Shown: positions 49,554-59,652, counted from the stretch's first letter. The stretch: DNA of 63,397 nucleotides from Bacteroidota bacterium (GCA_016928255.1 JAFGLB010000076.1:1-63397), one strand, 5' to 3'. Numbers and translations: made by a program. The notes: generated from the sequence alone by a model not told the origin.

Positions 49554-51977
49554 TTAAGGTGTTATAACTATCGGCAGTGCAACGCCTTTTTCATTCCATA
49601 CACCATCGTTGTTCGATCCTTTGACTCGAAAGACATATCTGCCCGGATTTAGATTTGTGTAGTTCACGGTCCGCTTTGTGCCCACATAATACCAGTCCTT
49701 GTCAAATCCTTCCAATTTATATGCATACTGGTTTTTTAATGACGCGACATAATTGAGAGCTGCATACTCAAACGAGAAAACAGACTGAGTGCGGGATAGG
49801 ATCAGATCTTCCTCGGCTCCTGTACCTTTACCTAATCCTCTTTCGCCGATGTTAACGGGTTTATTGAATATTTGAAAATTCGTTATAACGACAGGCGGAA
49901 TGTATGAATTTTTAGGTACATTATCCGGGTCAAACAGATTAAACCCGTTTGAACCACCAAAATATATCAAACCGATGCTGCTCTTGCAGCATGACCGCCG
50001 CCTGAATCCGTTGCCTTGCAGTCCGTCTTCACGAGTATAATTCTTGAATTCAGGTTTTCCCGGAAGGTATGCAGCGTTGTTAAATTTCGATAGTCCTTTA
50101 TCAGTGCCGATCCACAGGTTTCCGCTATTATCTTCAAGAATGCTGTTAATAGAATTATTGGGCAGTCCATTCTCCGTCTGGTAACATGTAAATCCTTTGG
50201 TAGACTTATTAAACAGGTTAAGGCCGGCATTCGTGCCCACCCAAATGTTTTCTTTACTGTCTTCAAAAATTGATATTACGTAATTACTGCTCAGACTCGT
50301 GCTGTCATTATCGATGTGCGTGAAATGCTCGAATTTCTTTGTCGCCATATCGAAACGCTCAACTGCGGTTTCATCCGCCAGCCAGATATCGCCATTCTTT
50401 GCCTCGATAATCGCTGAGACGTAGTTGGTTGAGATTCCTGAATTCGAAGTGTTGTACCTTGTAAACTTTTTTGTTTTTCTATCGAACACGTTTAATCCGT
50501 CGCCCATGGTACCGATCAATAAATTTCCTTTTCTGTCTTCAATAATAGAAAATATATTGTTGCTGCCTAAACTATTTTCATTTTTAGGATCATTATAATA
50601 GTGTTCAAATGTCTCTGTTTTATAATTGAACTTGTTGAGACCTCCTGCCCATGTCCCTACCCACAGATTCCCCTGTTTGTCCTTGCATAATGCCCATACA
50701 GCATTGGATCCGATGCTTTTTTTATTTAAAGGATTATTAACAAAATGAGTAAATGTGTCTTCTCTCTTATTATACCTGTTCAATCCGCCTTCTGTACCAA
50801 TCCAGAGAAAATCTTCTTCTTCCAGGAAAGTATTTACCTGGCTGTTGTTTAACGATCTTTTTGTACCCAGTTCGCTCTTCAGATGGATGAATTTATCTTC
50901 CTGAAGGTTGATCCTGTTTATTCCATTGCCGTTGGTGCCGATCCATATGTTGCCCTGTTCGTCCTGACAAAGCGCATAAATTGAATTACTGCTCAAGCTT
51001 GTTTCGCGGCTGGGATCGTTTTTAAAATGAATAAATGTATTGACCCTGTTTTGAAAATTATTCAGATCGATCATATCCAGCCCGCCGTTTTCGGTTCCTA
51101 TCCAAAGATTATGTTTATCATCTTCCAAAAGGGACAGTATTGTACCCTTGGAAATACTGCTTTCATCTTTACTGTTGTTTTGATAATGTTCAAAGACACC
51201 CTTCTGAGGACGTTCCGATGCATTCGTAAATAAATCCAGACCGGCCTGTGTGCCTATCCAGAGTCTGCCGGCTTTATCCTCCAGTATAGAATAGATTCGT
51301 TTATCTGCTATACTCTTTTGATCCTTAGCATCATGGTTATAATGAATAAACGAATCTTTCTCTTTATCGTACAAGAGCAAGCCGAAGTAAGTTCCTATCC
51401 AGATGTTATTTTTACTGTCGACGAATACTGTTTGAACCAATATATCCGGTTGGATTTTAAAAAATTTGCTTAGAGCGGGATAATATGCATAAATGCTGTC
51501 GTTGTCTAAATTATAGCGGTACAAATTGAGAGTTGTGCCTATCCAGAGATTTTTATCTCTGTCCTCCGCAATTGATTCAACAAACTCTCGCGGAATTTTT
51601 GAGCATCTAATAAACCGGTCGTTTTTCCTATCGTAAAGGTTAAGGCCTTGTCTTGTGCCGATCCATAATTCTCCTTTAATGTCTTTTAACATAGAAGTAA
51701 CAGTGGAGTTGCTGATCGAATATTTGTCTCTAAAGTTATGCTTATATTCAACAATAGAATATCCGTCAAAGCGGTTCAAGCCGCCGTCGGTCCCAAACCA
51801 CATAAAACCGTATTTGTCCTGCAGAATGGAATGCACCCAGCTGTGCGTAAGCCCATCGTCAATGTTGATATGCTTGAATCGAAGATTCTTAAATTGAGCA
51901 TTTGATTGCTGAGGGTAAATGAGAAGTCCAATCAGCAGTGCTGTTAAGGATAATCTTCCAAGAAAAGTATTTTTCAT
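49554..51977 (-). CDS. periplasmic two-component-regulator propeller plus Y_Y_Y protein with no transmembrane or kinase module
   Basis: Signal peptide MKNTFLGRLSLTALLIGLLIYPQQSNAQ, then the same repeat architecture as 19424..22684. It ends ...PGRYVFRVKGSNNDGVWNEKGVALPIVITP*, exactly where the paralog continues into its TM helix and HisKA. Confidence 0.85.
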   Translation of the reverse strand: MKNTFLGRLSLTALLIGLLIYPQQSNAQFKNLRFKHINIDDGLTHSWVHSILQDKYGFMWFGTDGGLNRFDGYSIVEYKHNFRDKYSISNSTVTSMLKDIKGELWIGTRQGLNLYDRKNDRFIRCSKIPREFVESIAEDRDKNLWIGTTLNLYRYNLDNDSIYAYYPALSKFFKIQPDILVQTVFVDSKNNIWIGTYFGLLLYDKEKDSFIHYNHDAKDQKSIADKRIYSILEDKAGRLWIGTQAGLDLFTNASERPQKGVFEHYQNNSKDESSISKGTILSLLEDDKHNLWIGTENGGLDMIDLNNFQNRVNTFIHFKNDPSRETSLSSNSIYALCQDEQGNIWIGTNGNGINRINLQEDKFIHLKSELGTKRSLNNSQVNTFLEEEDFLWIGTEGGLNRYNKREDTFTHFVNNPLNKKSIGSNAVWALCKDKQGNLWVGTWAGGLNKFNYKTETFEHYYNDPKNENSLGSNNIFSIIEDRKGNLLIGTMGDGLNVFDRKTKKFTRYNTSNSGISTNYVSAIIEAKNGDIWLADETAVERFDMATKKFEHFTHIDNDSTSLSSNYVISIFEDSKENIWVGTNAGLNLFNKSTKGFTCYQTENGLPNNSINSILEDNSGNLWIGTDKGLSKFNNAAYLPGKPEFKNYTREDGLQGNGFRRRSCCKSSIGLIYFGGSNGFNLFDPDNVPKNSYIPPVVITNFQIFNKPVNIGERGLGKGTGAEEDLILSRTQSVFSFEYAALNYVASLKNQYAYKLEGFDKDWYYVGTKRTVNYTNLNPGRYVFRVKGSNNDGVWNEKGVALPIVITP

Positions 51978-52438
51978 AACCCTTATTCTCCTATATAAAT
52001 ATTCAGCAAAGTCTCATCATAATGTAAATAAATTTAAAATATATTTGAAATACTACAAGTTACCCGTATCTCTTACGGTTAATTTAAGAGATTATATTTA
52101 TTTAATATGCAAAAAATACCTCTATTTTCCAACGAGAAGCAATTAATTCAGCAATGAAAAACCTGATTATTAAAGTTGACAAATGGCAGATTTATCCTGA
52201 TTTTTTAATTTACAACAGTTGAACTTGCGGGTATCTTATCCTGCGGCCAGTTTTTGTAGGAGATCAAGCTGTGTTCTGTGGTTTGCCATTGATTCGGAAT
52301 AAACAGATAAACATTCCGCCGAGAGATACAATGCGCATAGTTCCCTGACAGCAGGAACTAATAGCAAGTTGAAGAAAATGTTATTGTATCAGCTCAGATT
52401 GGCAGCGATAGAATCATTCCTGCGGATGCAGTCGATTT

Positions 52439-52687
52439 TTACTTCGGCCAATAATTTTTAATCAATTCTTCTACATGATGTGTCAATGCATTACGAACAA
52501 TACTGCTGGGACATTCATCTTGAAAATGAGAGCATGCATCGGCTGATAACTGTTCTGCCTCAACCCTGGATGAAGCTGTTCGAATTATTTTTTCAACCTC
52601 TATGCAATGTTTCGCAATAAGATCAGATTGACGGTTTTTATTTAGCTGCAGGAATTGATATTCTGAAAATAATTCTTCGCTAATCAT
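52439..52687 (-). CDS. hypothetical 82-aa protein
   Basis: ORF only. Lies 32 nt downstream of the DUF2892 gene on the same strand. No motif recognised. Confidence 0.5.
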   Translation of the reverse strand: MISEELFSEYQFLQLNKNRQSDLIAKHCIEVEKIIRTASSRVEAEQLSADACSHFQDECPSSIVRNALTHHVEELIKNYWPK

Positions 52688-52719
52688 TGTTAATATATCC
52701 TAAACCGGCAATTTTAGTG

Positions 52720-52929
52720 TCAGGACTTGTCTTCTTTCTTTGTTGATATTTTTAAAGGAATATAAAGAGGACAAAAACTCACGATACTTGTCAACAAGAA
52801 TACTAACGCTATAACGACGAGTATCACAGCTGCAGTACCTGTGATCTGGCCGGTAAAATAAAGAATACCGATCACGAAAGCAGCAATTATCCGGATTGTT
52901 CTGTCGGCAGACCCCATATTCTTTTTCAT
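52720..52929 (-). CDS. DUF2892 (YgaP-like) small membrane protein
   Basis: MGSADRTIRIIAAFVIGILYFTG....SFCPLY matches the DUF2892 pattern (N..DR.iR...G......CPlY). Confidence 0.75.
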   Translation of the reverse strand: MKKNMGSADRTIRIIAAFVIGILYFTGQITGTAAVILVVIALVFLLTSIVSFCPLYIPLKISTKKEDKS

Positions 52930-53085
52930 GAAATCACCTCTTGAGATGTGTTGTTTTTAATAATTAGATGCCGGTAACCGGAAGAGGATTCATATTTTGT
53001 ATTTCTTCAAAATAAAGTAGATAAAATTGGGCATAAACTAAGAGATAATTTGAATGTGATTTGCTGTACTTGATCTAGGTTATGA

Positions 53086-53203
53086 TCCGCCGAAAAGCAC
53101 GGCAAGATGTCGTATAAAGCGCTCAATTCCGTCTTTGGTGGGACTTCGCAAACAGCGCTCAATCCCGCCAAGAAGCGGCGGGATGTCGCAAACAGCGCTC
53201 AGC
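53086..53203. repeat. three tandem ~40-nt GC-hairpin units (REP-like)
   Basis: Unit = cccgcc-aagaagc-ggcggg + atgtcgcaaacagcgctcaat. The best copy is at 53163-53199, with two degenerate copies upstream. Confidence 0.75.
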
Positions 53204-53236
53204 TTGAAAAGTTAATCTGCCAGGTACTATTAAAAA
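53203..53236. repeat. conserved 34-nt box, copy 1
   Basis: cttgaaaagttaatctgccaggtactattaaaaa. Read on + it looks like TTGAAA-N18-TATTAA. Confidence 0.7.
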
Positions 53237-53268
53237 TGAAAACGCCCGGACAAGCCAGGCCTTTTTTT
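53237..53268. terminator. weak hairpin with a T-run
   Basis: gcccgg-acaag-ccaggc (one mismatch), flanked by a T7 run. Confidence 0.35.
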
Positions 53269-53310
53269 AATTCTTCATTTTTAAATCTTAATTCTTCATT
53301 CTTAAATCTT
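53269..53310. repeat. AT-rich 21-nt tandem repeat (2 units), locus 2 of 3
   Basis: aattcttcatttttaaatctt followed by aattcttcattcttaaatctt. Confidence 0.85.
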
Positions 53311-53320
53311 ACTTCTCTAG

Positions 53321-53334
53321 TAGTGGGGGCAGGA
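53321..53334 (-). repeat. tRNA-fMet 3'-end mimic (13 of 14 nt)
   Basis: tagtgggggcagga versus tagcgggggcagga at the true tRNA 3' end (53631-53644). Confidence 0.7.
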
Positions 53335-53408
53335 TGCCGCCAGAAAATGGCGGGATGTCGCACAAAGCGCTCAATCCCGCCAAGAAGCGGCGGGATGTCG
53401 TTCAGCCG
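53335..53408. repeat. two further copies of the ~40-nt GC-hairpin unit
   Basis: agcgctcaatcccgccaagaagcggcgggatgtcg (53366-53400) is identical to 53153-53187. Confidence 0.8.
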
Positions 53409-53429
53409 TTTTACAACGGCTTCACTCCA

Positions 53430-53463
53430 CTTGAAAAGTTAATCTTCCTGGTACTATTAAAAA
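53430..53463. repeat. conserved 34-nt box, copy 2
   Basis: cttgaaaagttaatcttcctggtactattaaaaa. Confidence 0.7.
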
Positions 53464-53499
53464 ACACGAATGCCCCACAAGGGGGCATCGTGTTTTTTT
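53464..53499. terminator. strong bidirectional hairpin
   Basis: acacga-a-tgcccc / ggggcatcgtgt, a 12-bp stem with an A-run upstream and a T6 run downstream. Confidence 0.6.
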
Positions 53500-53500
53500 G

Positions 53501-53514
53501 TAGCGGGGGCAGGA
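53501..53514 (-). repeat. tRNA-fMet 3'-end mimic (14 of 14 nt; identity extends to 20 nt with the flank)
   Basis: tttttgtagcgggggcagga at 53495-53514 is identical to 53625-53644. Confidence 0.85.
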
Positions 53515-53560
53515 TGGCGCCTTAGGCGCCACGTCGTCCCGATGCGACATCGGGACTCCG

Positions 53561-53593
53561 CTTGAAATACAGTCTTCCTGTTACTATTAAAAA
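53561..53593. repeat. conserved box, copy 3 (33 nt)
   Basis: cttgaaatacagtcttcctgttactattaaaaa. Confidence 0.7.
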
Positions 53594-53630
53594 TGGAAAA
53601 GCCCGGACAAGCCGGGCATTTCCATTTTTG
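53589..53630 (-). terminator. rho-independent terminator of tRNA-fMet
   Basis: On the minus strand: atggaaa-t-gcccgg-cttgt-ccgggc-t-tttccat followed by ttttt. Confidence 0.8.
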
Positions 53631-53703
<73 letters not shown>

Positions 53704-53749
53704 GTGACCAGAATATTTAAGCGGTAACCAAGAGAGTCCCGCTGTTTTT

Positions 53750-53769
53750 TAGCGGGGCTCCACCCCGCG
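53750..53769 (-). pseudogene. tRNA-fMet relic: 5' 13 nt joined directly to the 3' acceptor strand (minihelix)
   Basis: Minus strand reads cgcggggtggag-ccccgcta. The 23-nt block gctccaccccgcggtgaccagaa (53757-53779) duplicates 53691-53713, so the promoter-proximal flank is included. Confidence 0.6.
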
Positions 53770-53865
53770 GTGACCAGAAAAATTCTGAATAAAAAATAAT
53801 GTTTTCTTATATAACATAACAATATACGACCATTTTAATGCTCAGTCAAGTTGCATTTTCAATGA

Positions 53866-55008
<1,143 letters not shown>

Positions 55009-55025
55009 TTTACTAATCATTGCTG

Positions 55026-55056
55026 TTCTGCCCGGTGATTTATTCATCGGGCAGAA
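55026..55056 (+). other. stem-loop after gap
   Basis: ttctgcccg (55026-55034) pairs with cgggcagaa (55048-55056). Confidence 0.5.
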
Positions 55057-55070
55057 TGATATTTCGCATC

Positions 55071-55108
55071 GGGCTGACGACTACTCTGGTCGAAGCCCTT
55101 TTTTTTAT
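55071..55108 (+). terminator. rho-independent terminator after gap
   Basis: gggct..cgac / gtcg.agccc stem followed by a T8 run (55099-55106). Confidence 0.65.
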
Positions 55109-55151
55109 ATTGACCTAAAAAGAACATCTATATCTTTTTCCGGAGAAGACA

Positions 55152-56417
55152 ATGAATAAAAAAACAGTAAATAATTTCGATTTCAAAGGCAAACGCGTAA
55201 TAATGCGTGTCGATTTTAACGTACCTCTCAAGAGCGGAGTAATCCAGGATGACGTGCGTATGCGTGCAGCGCTCCCGACAATTAAATACGTACTCGAGCA
55301 GAAACCGAAATACCTGGTGCTCATGTCTCATTTGGGCGATCCCAAAAAAGATACACAAAAGGCAAAAGAAAAAGCGGAAAAAGACGGCAAACCTTTCGAT
55401 GAAGCAAAATTTATCGAGGGGAAGCATAGGATGAAACCTGTTGTTGAACATCTTGCCGAACTTCTCGGCAAACCGGTTAAACTGGCTCCAGCCGCAATCG
55501 GTCCTGAAACAAAAGCAATTGTAGACGGATTAAAAGACGGTGAGATCCTGATGCTGGAGAATACGCGCTTCCATAAACAGGAAACATCGAAAGAAGCGGC
55601 CGATAGGGAACAAATGGCTAAGGAACTTGCATCGTACGGCGATGTATATGTCAATGATGCATTTGGCACAGCACACCGTGCACATGCATCCACCGAGACA
55701 ATTGCACATTATTTGCCGGCAGTAGCGGGATTCCTAATGGAAAAAGAGCTTGCATACCTTGATAAGGCGGTTGAAAATCCGGCCAAACCATACGTGGCAA
55801 TTATCGGTGGTGCGAAAATTTCAGGTAAGATCGATGTAATACAGAATTTGATGAATAAGGTCGATGCATTGCTGATAGGCGGAGGAATGATGTTCACTTT
55901 TTACAAGGCACAGGGATTGGAAATCGGAAAATCTCTGCTGGAACAGGACAAGATCGATCTGGCTAAGAAGATTCTCGATGAGGCGAAGGCAAAGAATGTA
56001 AGACTTTTACTCCCGATCGACTGTATTGTGTCCGATAAATTTGATAATTCTGCGGCAGTGAAAACTGTAAAAGTCAATGCCATCCCGCCGGATTGGATAG
56101 GAATGGATATTGGCCCGGAAACGGTAAAGATGTTTGTAGATGAAATAGTTAAAGCAAAGACTGTCGTTTGGAACGGTCCGATGGGTGTGTTTGAAATGTC
56201 CAATTTTGCCAAAGGAACAATTGCGGTCGCCCAGGCACTTGCCGACGCAACCAGAAATGGTGCAACGACGGTGGTAGGCGGCGGCGATTCAGCTTCGGCA
56301 ATTGCACAGGCAAAGCTCGATAAAGCCGTGTCGCATGTATCTACAGGCGGCGGTGCGTCTCTGGAATTCCTGGAAGGCAAGGTCCTGCCGGGAGTCGCTG
56401 CATTAAACGATAAATAA
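55152..56417 (+). CDS. pgk: phosphoglycerate kinase
   Basis: RVDFNVPL, SHLG.PK, ENTRFH, VNDAFGTAHRAHAS, GGAKISGKI, GGGDSA are all canonical PGK blocks. Confidence 0.97.
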   Translation: MNKKTVNNFDFKGKRVIMRVDFNVPLKSGVIQDDVRMRAALPTIKYVLEQKPKYLVLMSHLGDPKKDTQKAKEKAEKDGKPFDEAKFIEGKHRMKPVVEHLAELLGKPVKLAPAAIGPETKAIVDGLKDGEILMLENTRFHKQETSKEAADREQMAKELASYGDVYVNDAFGTAHRAHASTETIAHYLPAVAGFLMEKELAYLDKAVENPAKPYVAIIGGAKISGKIDVIQNLMNKVDALLIGGGMMFTFYKAQGLEIGKSLLEQDKIDLAKKILDEAKAKNVRLLLPIDCIVSDKFDNSAAVKTVKVNAIPPDWIGMDIGPETVKMFVDEIVKAKTVVWNGPMGVFEMSNFAKGTIAVAQALADATRNGATTVVGGGDSASAIAQAKLDKAVSHVSTGGGASLEFLEGKVLPGVAALNDK

Positions 56418-56455
56418 CAATTATATTATTCACATTTAGAAATTATAGTCTGATT

Positions 56456-56821
56456 ATGAACTCTGAAGAAATAAAATTCCGGACAAAAAAATGTGCGGCA
56501 GACATAATTCGTTTTGTTGATGCACTGCCCAGAAGCGAATCAACAACAGTTATCGGCGAAAAGATAATCAGGGCGGCAACATCTGTAGCTGCAAATTACA
56601 GCGCTGCATGCCGTGCGCGTTCAAAAGCAACTTTTATCAATAAATTGGGTACCGTTGAAGCTGAAGCATTCGATACACTATTCTGGCTCGATATGCTTAT
56701 CGAAAGCGGAAAAGTCAGCAAAGAGAATATCGCCGGTTTATATGAACAGGTCGACAATGTAGTGGCAATTTTTTCTGCATCGCATAAATCAGAAAAAGAT
56801 AATCGTTACGGCAAATCATAA
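56456..56821 (+). CDS. four-helix-bundle protein (23S rRNA intervening-sequence protein family)
   Basis: ...IRFVDALPRSESTTVIGEKIIRAATSVAANYSAACRARSKATFINKLGTVEAEAFDTLFWLDML matches the TIGR02436-type pattern. Confidence 0.85.
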   Translation: MNSEEIKFRTKKCAADIIRFVDALPRSESTTVIGEKIIRAATSVAANYSAACRARSKATFINKLGTVEAEAFDTLFWLDMLIESGKVSKENIAGLYEQVDNVVAIFSASHKSEKDNRYGKS

Positions 56822-56843
56822 ATTTAAAAAAAGCAATTACTGA

Positions 56844-57755
56844 ATGAGTTATAATCAAGGCAGCTATTATCGTCCTTCGTCATTCGGAGGATTCAGATTC
56901 TTCCCACCGGTGGTGAAAATACTGCTGATAATAAATACGGCTGTATTTATTATCACGGGTGTATTCGGATATTTTCATATCGGGCAAGTCAGTCTGCGCG
57001 GTATAATCAATATGATTTTCGGACTAATGCCGCTTGGGCAGGGTTTTTATCCATGGCAGCTTATTACATATCAATTTTTGCATGCGGATATAATTCATAT
57101 CCTCTTTAATATGGTATTTGGATTATGGATGTTCGGGAAGGAAGTTGAACAGGTCTGGGGATCGAAAAAATTCCTGTTCTATTATCTGTTCTGCGGTGTA
57201 ATGGCAGGAATTGCACAGCTTCTGCTGGCACCGATTTTTGAACCGGCACTTGGCCCGACAATCGGAGCATCAGGCGCAATTTACGGGGTGCTGATAGCAT
57301 TTGCTGTGATGTATCCGGATCAATATGTATATGTGTATTTCCTGATACCCGTAAAAGTGAAATATTTTGTAATGGCGCTGATTGTTATAGGTGTGATGTC
57401 GATAGGCGGAGAGAGCAACATAGCAAATCTTGCTCACCTCGGAGGCGCTCTTGCAGGATATCTATATATTTTGTACGACCGTTACCGTGTAACAAGCGGG
57501 AGAAGAAGTCCTCGTATCTTTAGGCGGCACTCTGCCAATTCACAATGGGAGAGTACAGACAATACGGATAACAGCTTAGTTGATGCGAAAGTATATGATA
57601 TAAGTGAATCAAAATCATTCGAACAAAAAAATGAACAGGCAATTCCACAAAAACGTATTGATGAAATCCTGGATAAAATAAGCAGGAGCGGCTACCAGAG
57701 CTTATCGGATGAAGAGAAGAAAATTCTCTTTGAAGCAAGCAAGAGAATGAATTGA
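56844..57755 (+). CDS. rhomboid-family intramembrane serine protease with a cytoplasmic C-terminal tail
   Basis: WQLITYQFLHADIIHILFNM, GASGAIYGVL (catalytic Ser), AHLGGALAGY (catalytic His). Confidence 0.9.
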   Translation: MSYNQGSYYRPSSFGGFRFFPPVVKILLIINTAVFIITGVFGYFHIGQVSLRGIINMIFGLMPLGQGFYPWQLITYQFLHADIIHILFNMVFGLWMFGKEVEQVWGSKKFLFYYLFCGVMAGIAQLLLAPIFEPALGPTIGASGAIYGVLIAFAVMYPDQYVYVYFLIPVKVKYFVMALIVIGVMSIGGESNIANLAHLGGALAGYLYILYDRYRVTSGRRSPRIFRRHSANSQWESTDNTDNSLVDAKVYDISESKSFEQKNEQAIPQKRIDEILDKISRSGYQSLSDEEKKILFEASKRMN

Positions 57756-57762
57756 CAGAGAA

Positions 57763-57799
57763 CATGAAGGGGCACAATATTGTGCCCCTTCATGTTTTT
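57763..57799 (+). terminator. rho-independent terminator (perfect 14-bp stem)
   Basis: catgaaggggcaca-atat-tgtgccccttcatg followed by ttttt. Confidence 0.85.
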
Positions 57800-57812
57800 A
57801 ATTAATATAAAG

Positions 57813-58901
57813 ATGGAAAAACAAAAAATATACAGAACCGGCATGCGCAGAAAAACACGACAGGTAAATGTGGGCGGTATTAAAATAGGCGGCGATGCGC
57901 CGATTTCCGTCCAGACAATGACGAAAACCAAGACCGACGATATTATCGGCACTATTGATCAGATCAAGGCAGCAGCAGATGCCGGCGCTGATATAGTAAG
58001 AGTAACCGTTAATGATAAAGAAGCAGCCGATGCAATGGCCGAAATAGTAAAAAGATCGCCTGTTCCGATAGTGGCAGATATACATTTCAACCATATATTT
58101 GCGTTGAAATCGATCGAAGCAGGTGTGGCAAAGGTACGGTTAAATCCGGGAAATATCGGTTCAAAGGATCGAATAGAACAGGTGCTCGTTGCTGCCAAAC
58201 AAAGAGGCATTCCAATCCGGATCGGTGTAAATTCAGGCTCGCTCGAGGACGATATACTTAAAAAGTATAATTATCCCACCGCTGAGGCGTTGTTTGAAAG
58301 CGCAATGAGGCATGTAAGTATTTGTGAAGAATATGATTTTAAGGATATTGTTATTTCAGTGAAATCTACAGATGTTAAGCTGATGATAGATGCGTACAGG
58401 CTGGTAGCCGAGAGGACGAATATTCCTCTTCATCTCGGCGTAACGGAAGCAGGGCCGGCAAGATCCGGAACGATAAAATCCTGCGTCGGTATCGGAACAT
58501 TGCTTGCAGAAGGAATAGGCGATACAATACGGGTTTCGCTGACCGATGATCCTGTAAAAGAAGTTGAAGTGGGCAAAGAGATTCTCCGTACTCTTAATCT
58601 TACTACACGCGGTGTTGATCTAATTGCCTGCCCCACTTGCGGCAGACTTGAAGTCGATTTATTCAAGATCGTCGGAGAACTGGAAAAACATCTCGCCGGT
58701 ATAAAGAAGCCGGTAACAATAGCTGTACTCGGGTGTGTCGTTAACGGTCCGGGTGAAGCGAGCGCGGCGGATATCGGCATTGCGGCAGGAAAGGGGATTG
58801 GCATTTTGTACCGCAAAGGCGAAATGATTAAAAGGGTAAAGGAAGATGAAATAGTCAAGACTATTTTGGAGGAGGTTGAAAAATTTCAGCCGGAAACTTA
58901 A
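57813..58901 (+). CDS. ispG: 4-hydroxy-3-methylbut-2-en-1-yl diphosphate synthase
   Basis: ATG 57813 lies after the terminator; the TTG at 57780 lies inside the hairpin. VGGIKIGGDAPISVQTMT, VADIHF, RINPGN, CPTCGR, GCVVNGPGE. Confidence 0.95.
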   Translation: MEKQKIYRTGMRRKTRQVNVGGIKIGGDAPISVQTMTKTKTDDIIGTIDQIKAAADAGADIVRVTVNDKEAADAMAEIVKRSPVPIVADIHFNHIFALKSIEAGVAKVRLNPGNIGSKDRIEQVLVAAKQRGIPIRIGVNSGSLEDDILKKYNYPTAEALFESAMRHVSICEEYDFKDIVISVKSTDVKLMIDAYRLVAERTNIPLHLGVTEAGPARSGTIKSCVGIGTLLAEGIGDTIRVSLTDDPVKEVEVGKEILRTLNLTTRGVDLIACPTCGRLEVDLFKIVGELEKHLAGIKKPVTIAVLGCVVNGPGEASAADIGIAAGKGIGILYRKGEMIKRVKEDEIVKTILEEVEKFQPET

Positions 58902-58980
58902 AACAACTGATAACTTTTTTTCTTTATTTCGGTTTATAAAAAATGGTGGATATGTTAAACTATATAAAAGGAGTCAAACA

Positions 58981-59496
58981 ATGAAAAAACTCATAGTTAT
59001 GATCATAGTTGCCATTTTTATAATCGGCTTTCAGGTATACGGCCAGCAGAACGATTATAAGGAATATGCAGGGATTATCAAGCAGATGAAATTGACGGGT
59101 GATCAGGAGAAGGAAGCTCAAAAAATCAGGATAGAGATGCAAAAGCAAATGATAGACCAGAATGCAAAAATTCAAAAAGCACGATTGGATCTTGAAGAGG
59201 CATTAAAAGCGGAAATTCCTGATAAATCGGTTATTGAAGATAGAATAAAAGAAATTTCCGAACTTGAAGCGCAGATGCATATTATAAGAGTCGAATCCTG
59301 GTTCAATATTAATAGCATTCTTACGCTTGAACAGCAGAAAATTTGGAAGAATGTGCTTGAAGAGCAGCCGGCAGTAAGAGGCCGAATGATGAATCAGGGA
59401 GAGAAAATGCCTATGAAGAAAGGCGTGAAAAATCCAGCTCAGAAAAAGGCTAAAGTGAAAATTGAAAAGAAAATTGAGGCACAAAAACCTGAATAA
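58981..59496 (+). CDS. periplasmic Spy/CpxP-family (LTxxQ) chaperone-like protein
   Basis: ATG 58981 is preceded by aaaggag. Signal peptide. LTGDQEKEAQKI and LTLEQQKIWKNV are LTxxQ motifs. Lys-rich tail. Confidence 0.7.
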   Translation: MKKLIVMIIVAIFIIGFQVYGQQNDYKEYAGIIKQMKLTGDQEKEAQKIRIEMQKQMIDQNAKIQKARLDLEEALKAEIPDKSVIEDRIKEISELEAQMHIIRVESWFNINSILTLEQQKIWKNVLEEQPAVRGRMMNQGEKMPMKKGVKNPAQKKAKVKIEKKIEAQKPE

Positions 59497-59528
59497 TAGC
59501 CATAAATCTGATATTTGCTGTATAAAAC

Positions 59529-59557
59529 AGGCCGAAAATCAAATCGGCCTTTTTTTT
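59529..59557 (+). terminator. rho-independent terminator
   Basis: aggccga-aaatcaaa-tcggcct followed by a T7 run. Confidence 0.8.
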
Positions 59558-59652
59558 GAATATCCTAAATATGCAGGAATCCTTTTTGGTTTTGATTCAT
59601 CATATTTACAAGGAAATTTTGTATAAAGAAAAAAACTGAAAAGGAGCCGGTT

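Noticed and set aside
53086-53630. Possible CRISPR array (regularly spaced repeats with hairpins)
   Set aside because: The repeats are heterogeneous in length and type (about 40-nt hairpin units, 34-nt boxes, 21-nt AT units). There is no uniform repeat/spacer alternation and no cas genes lie in the window.
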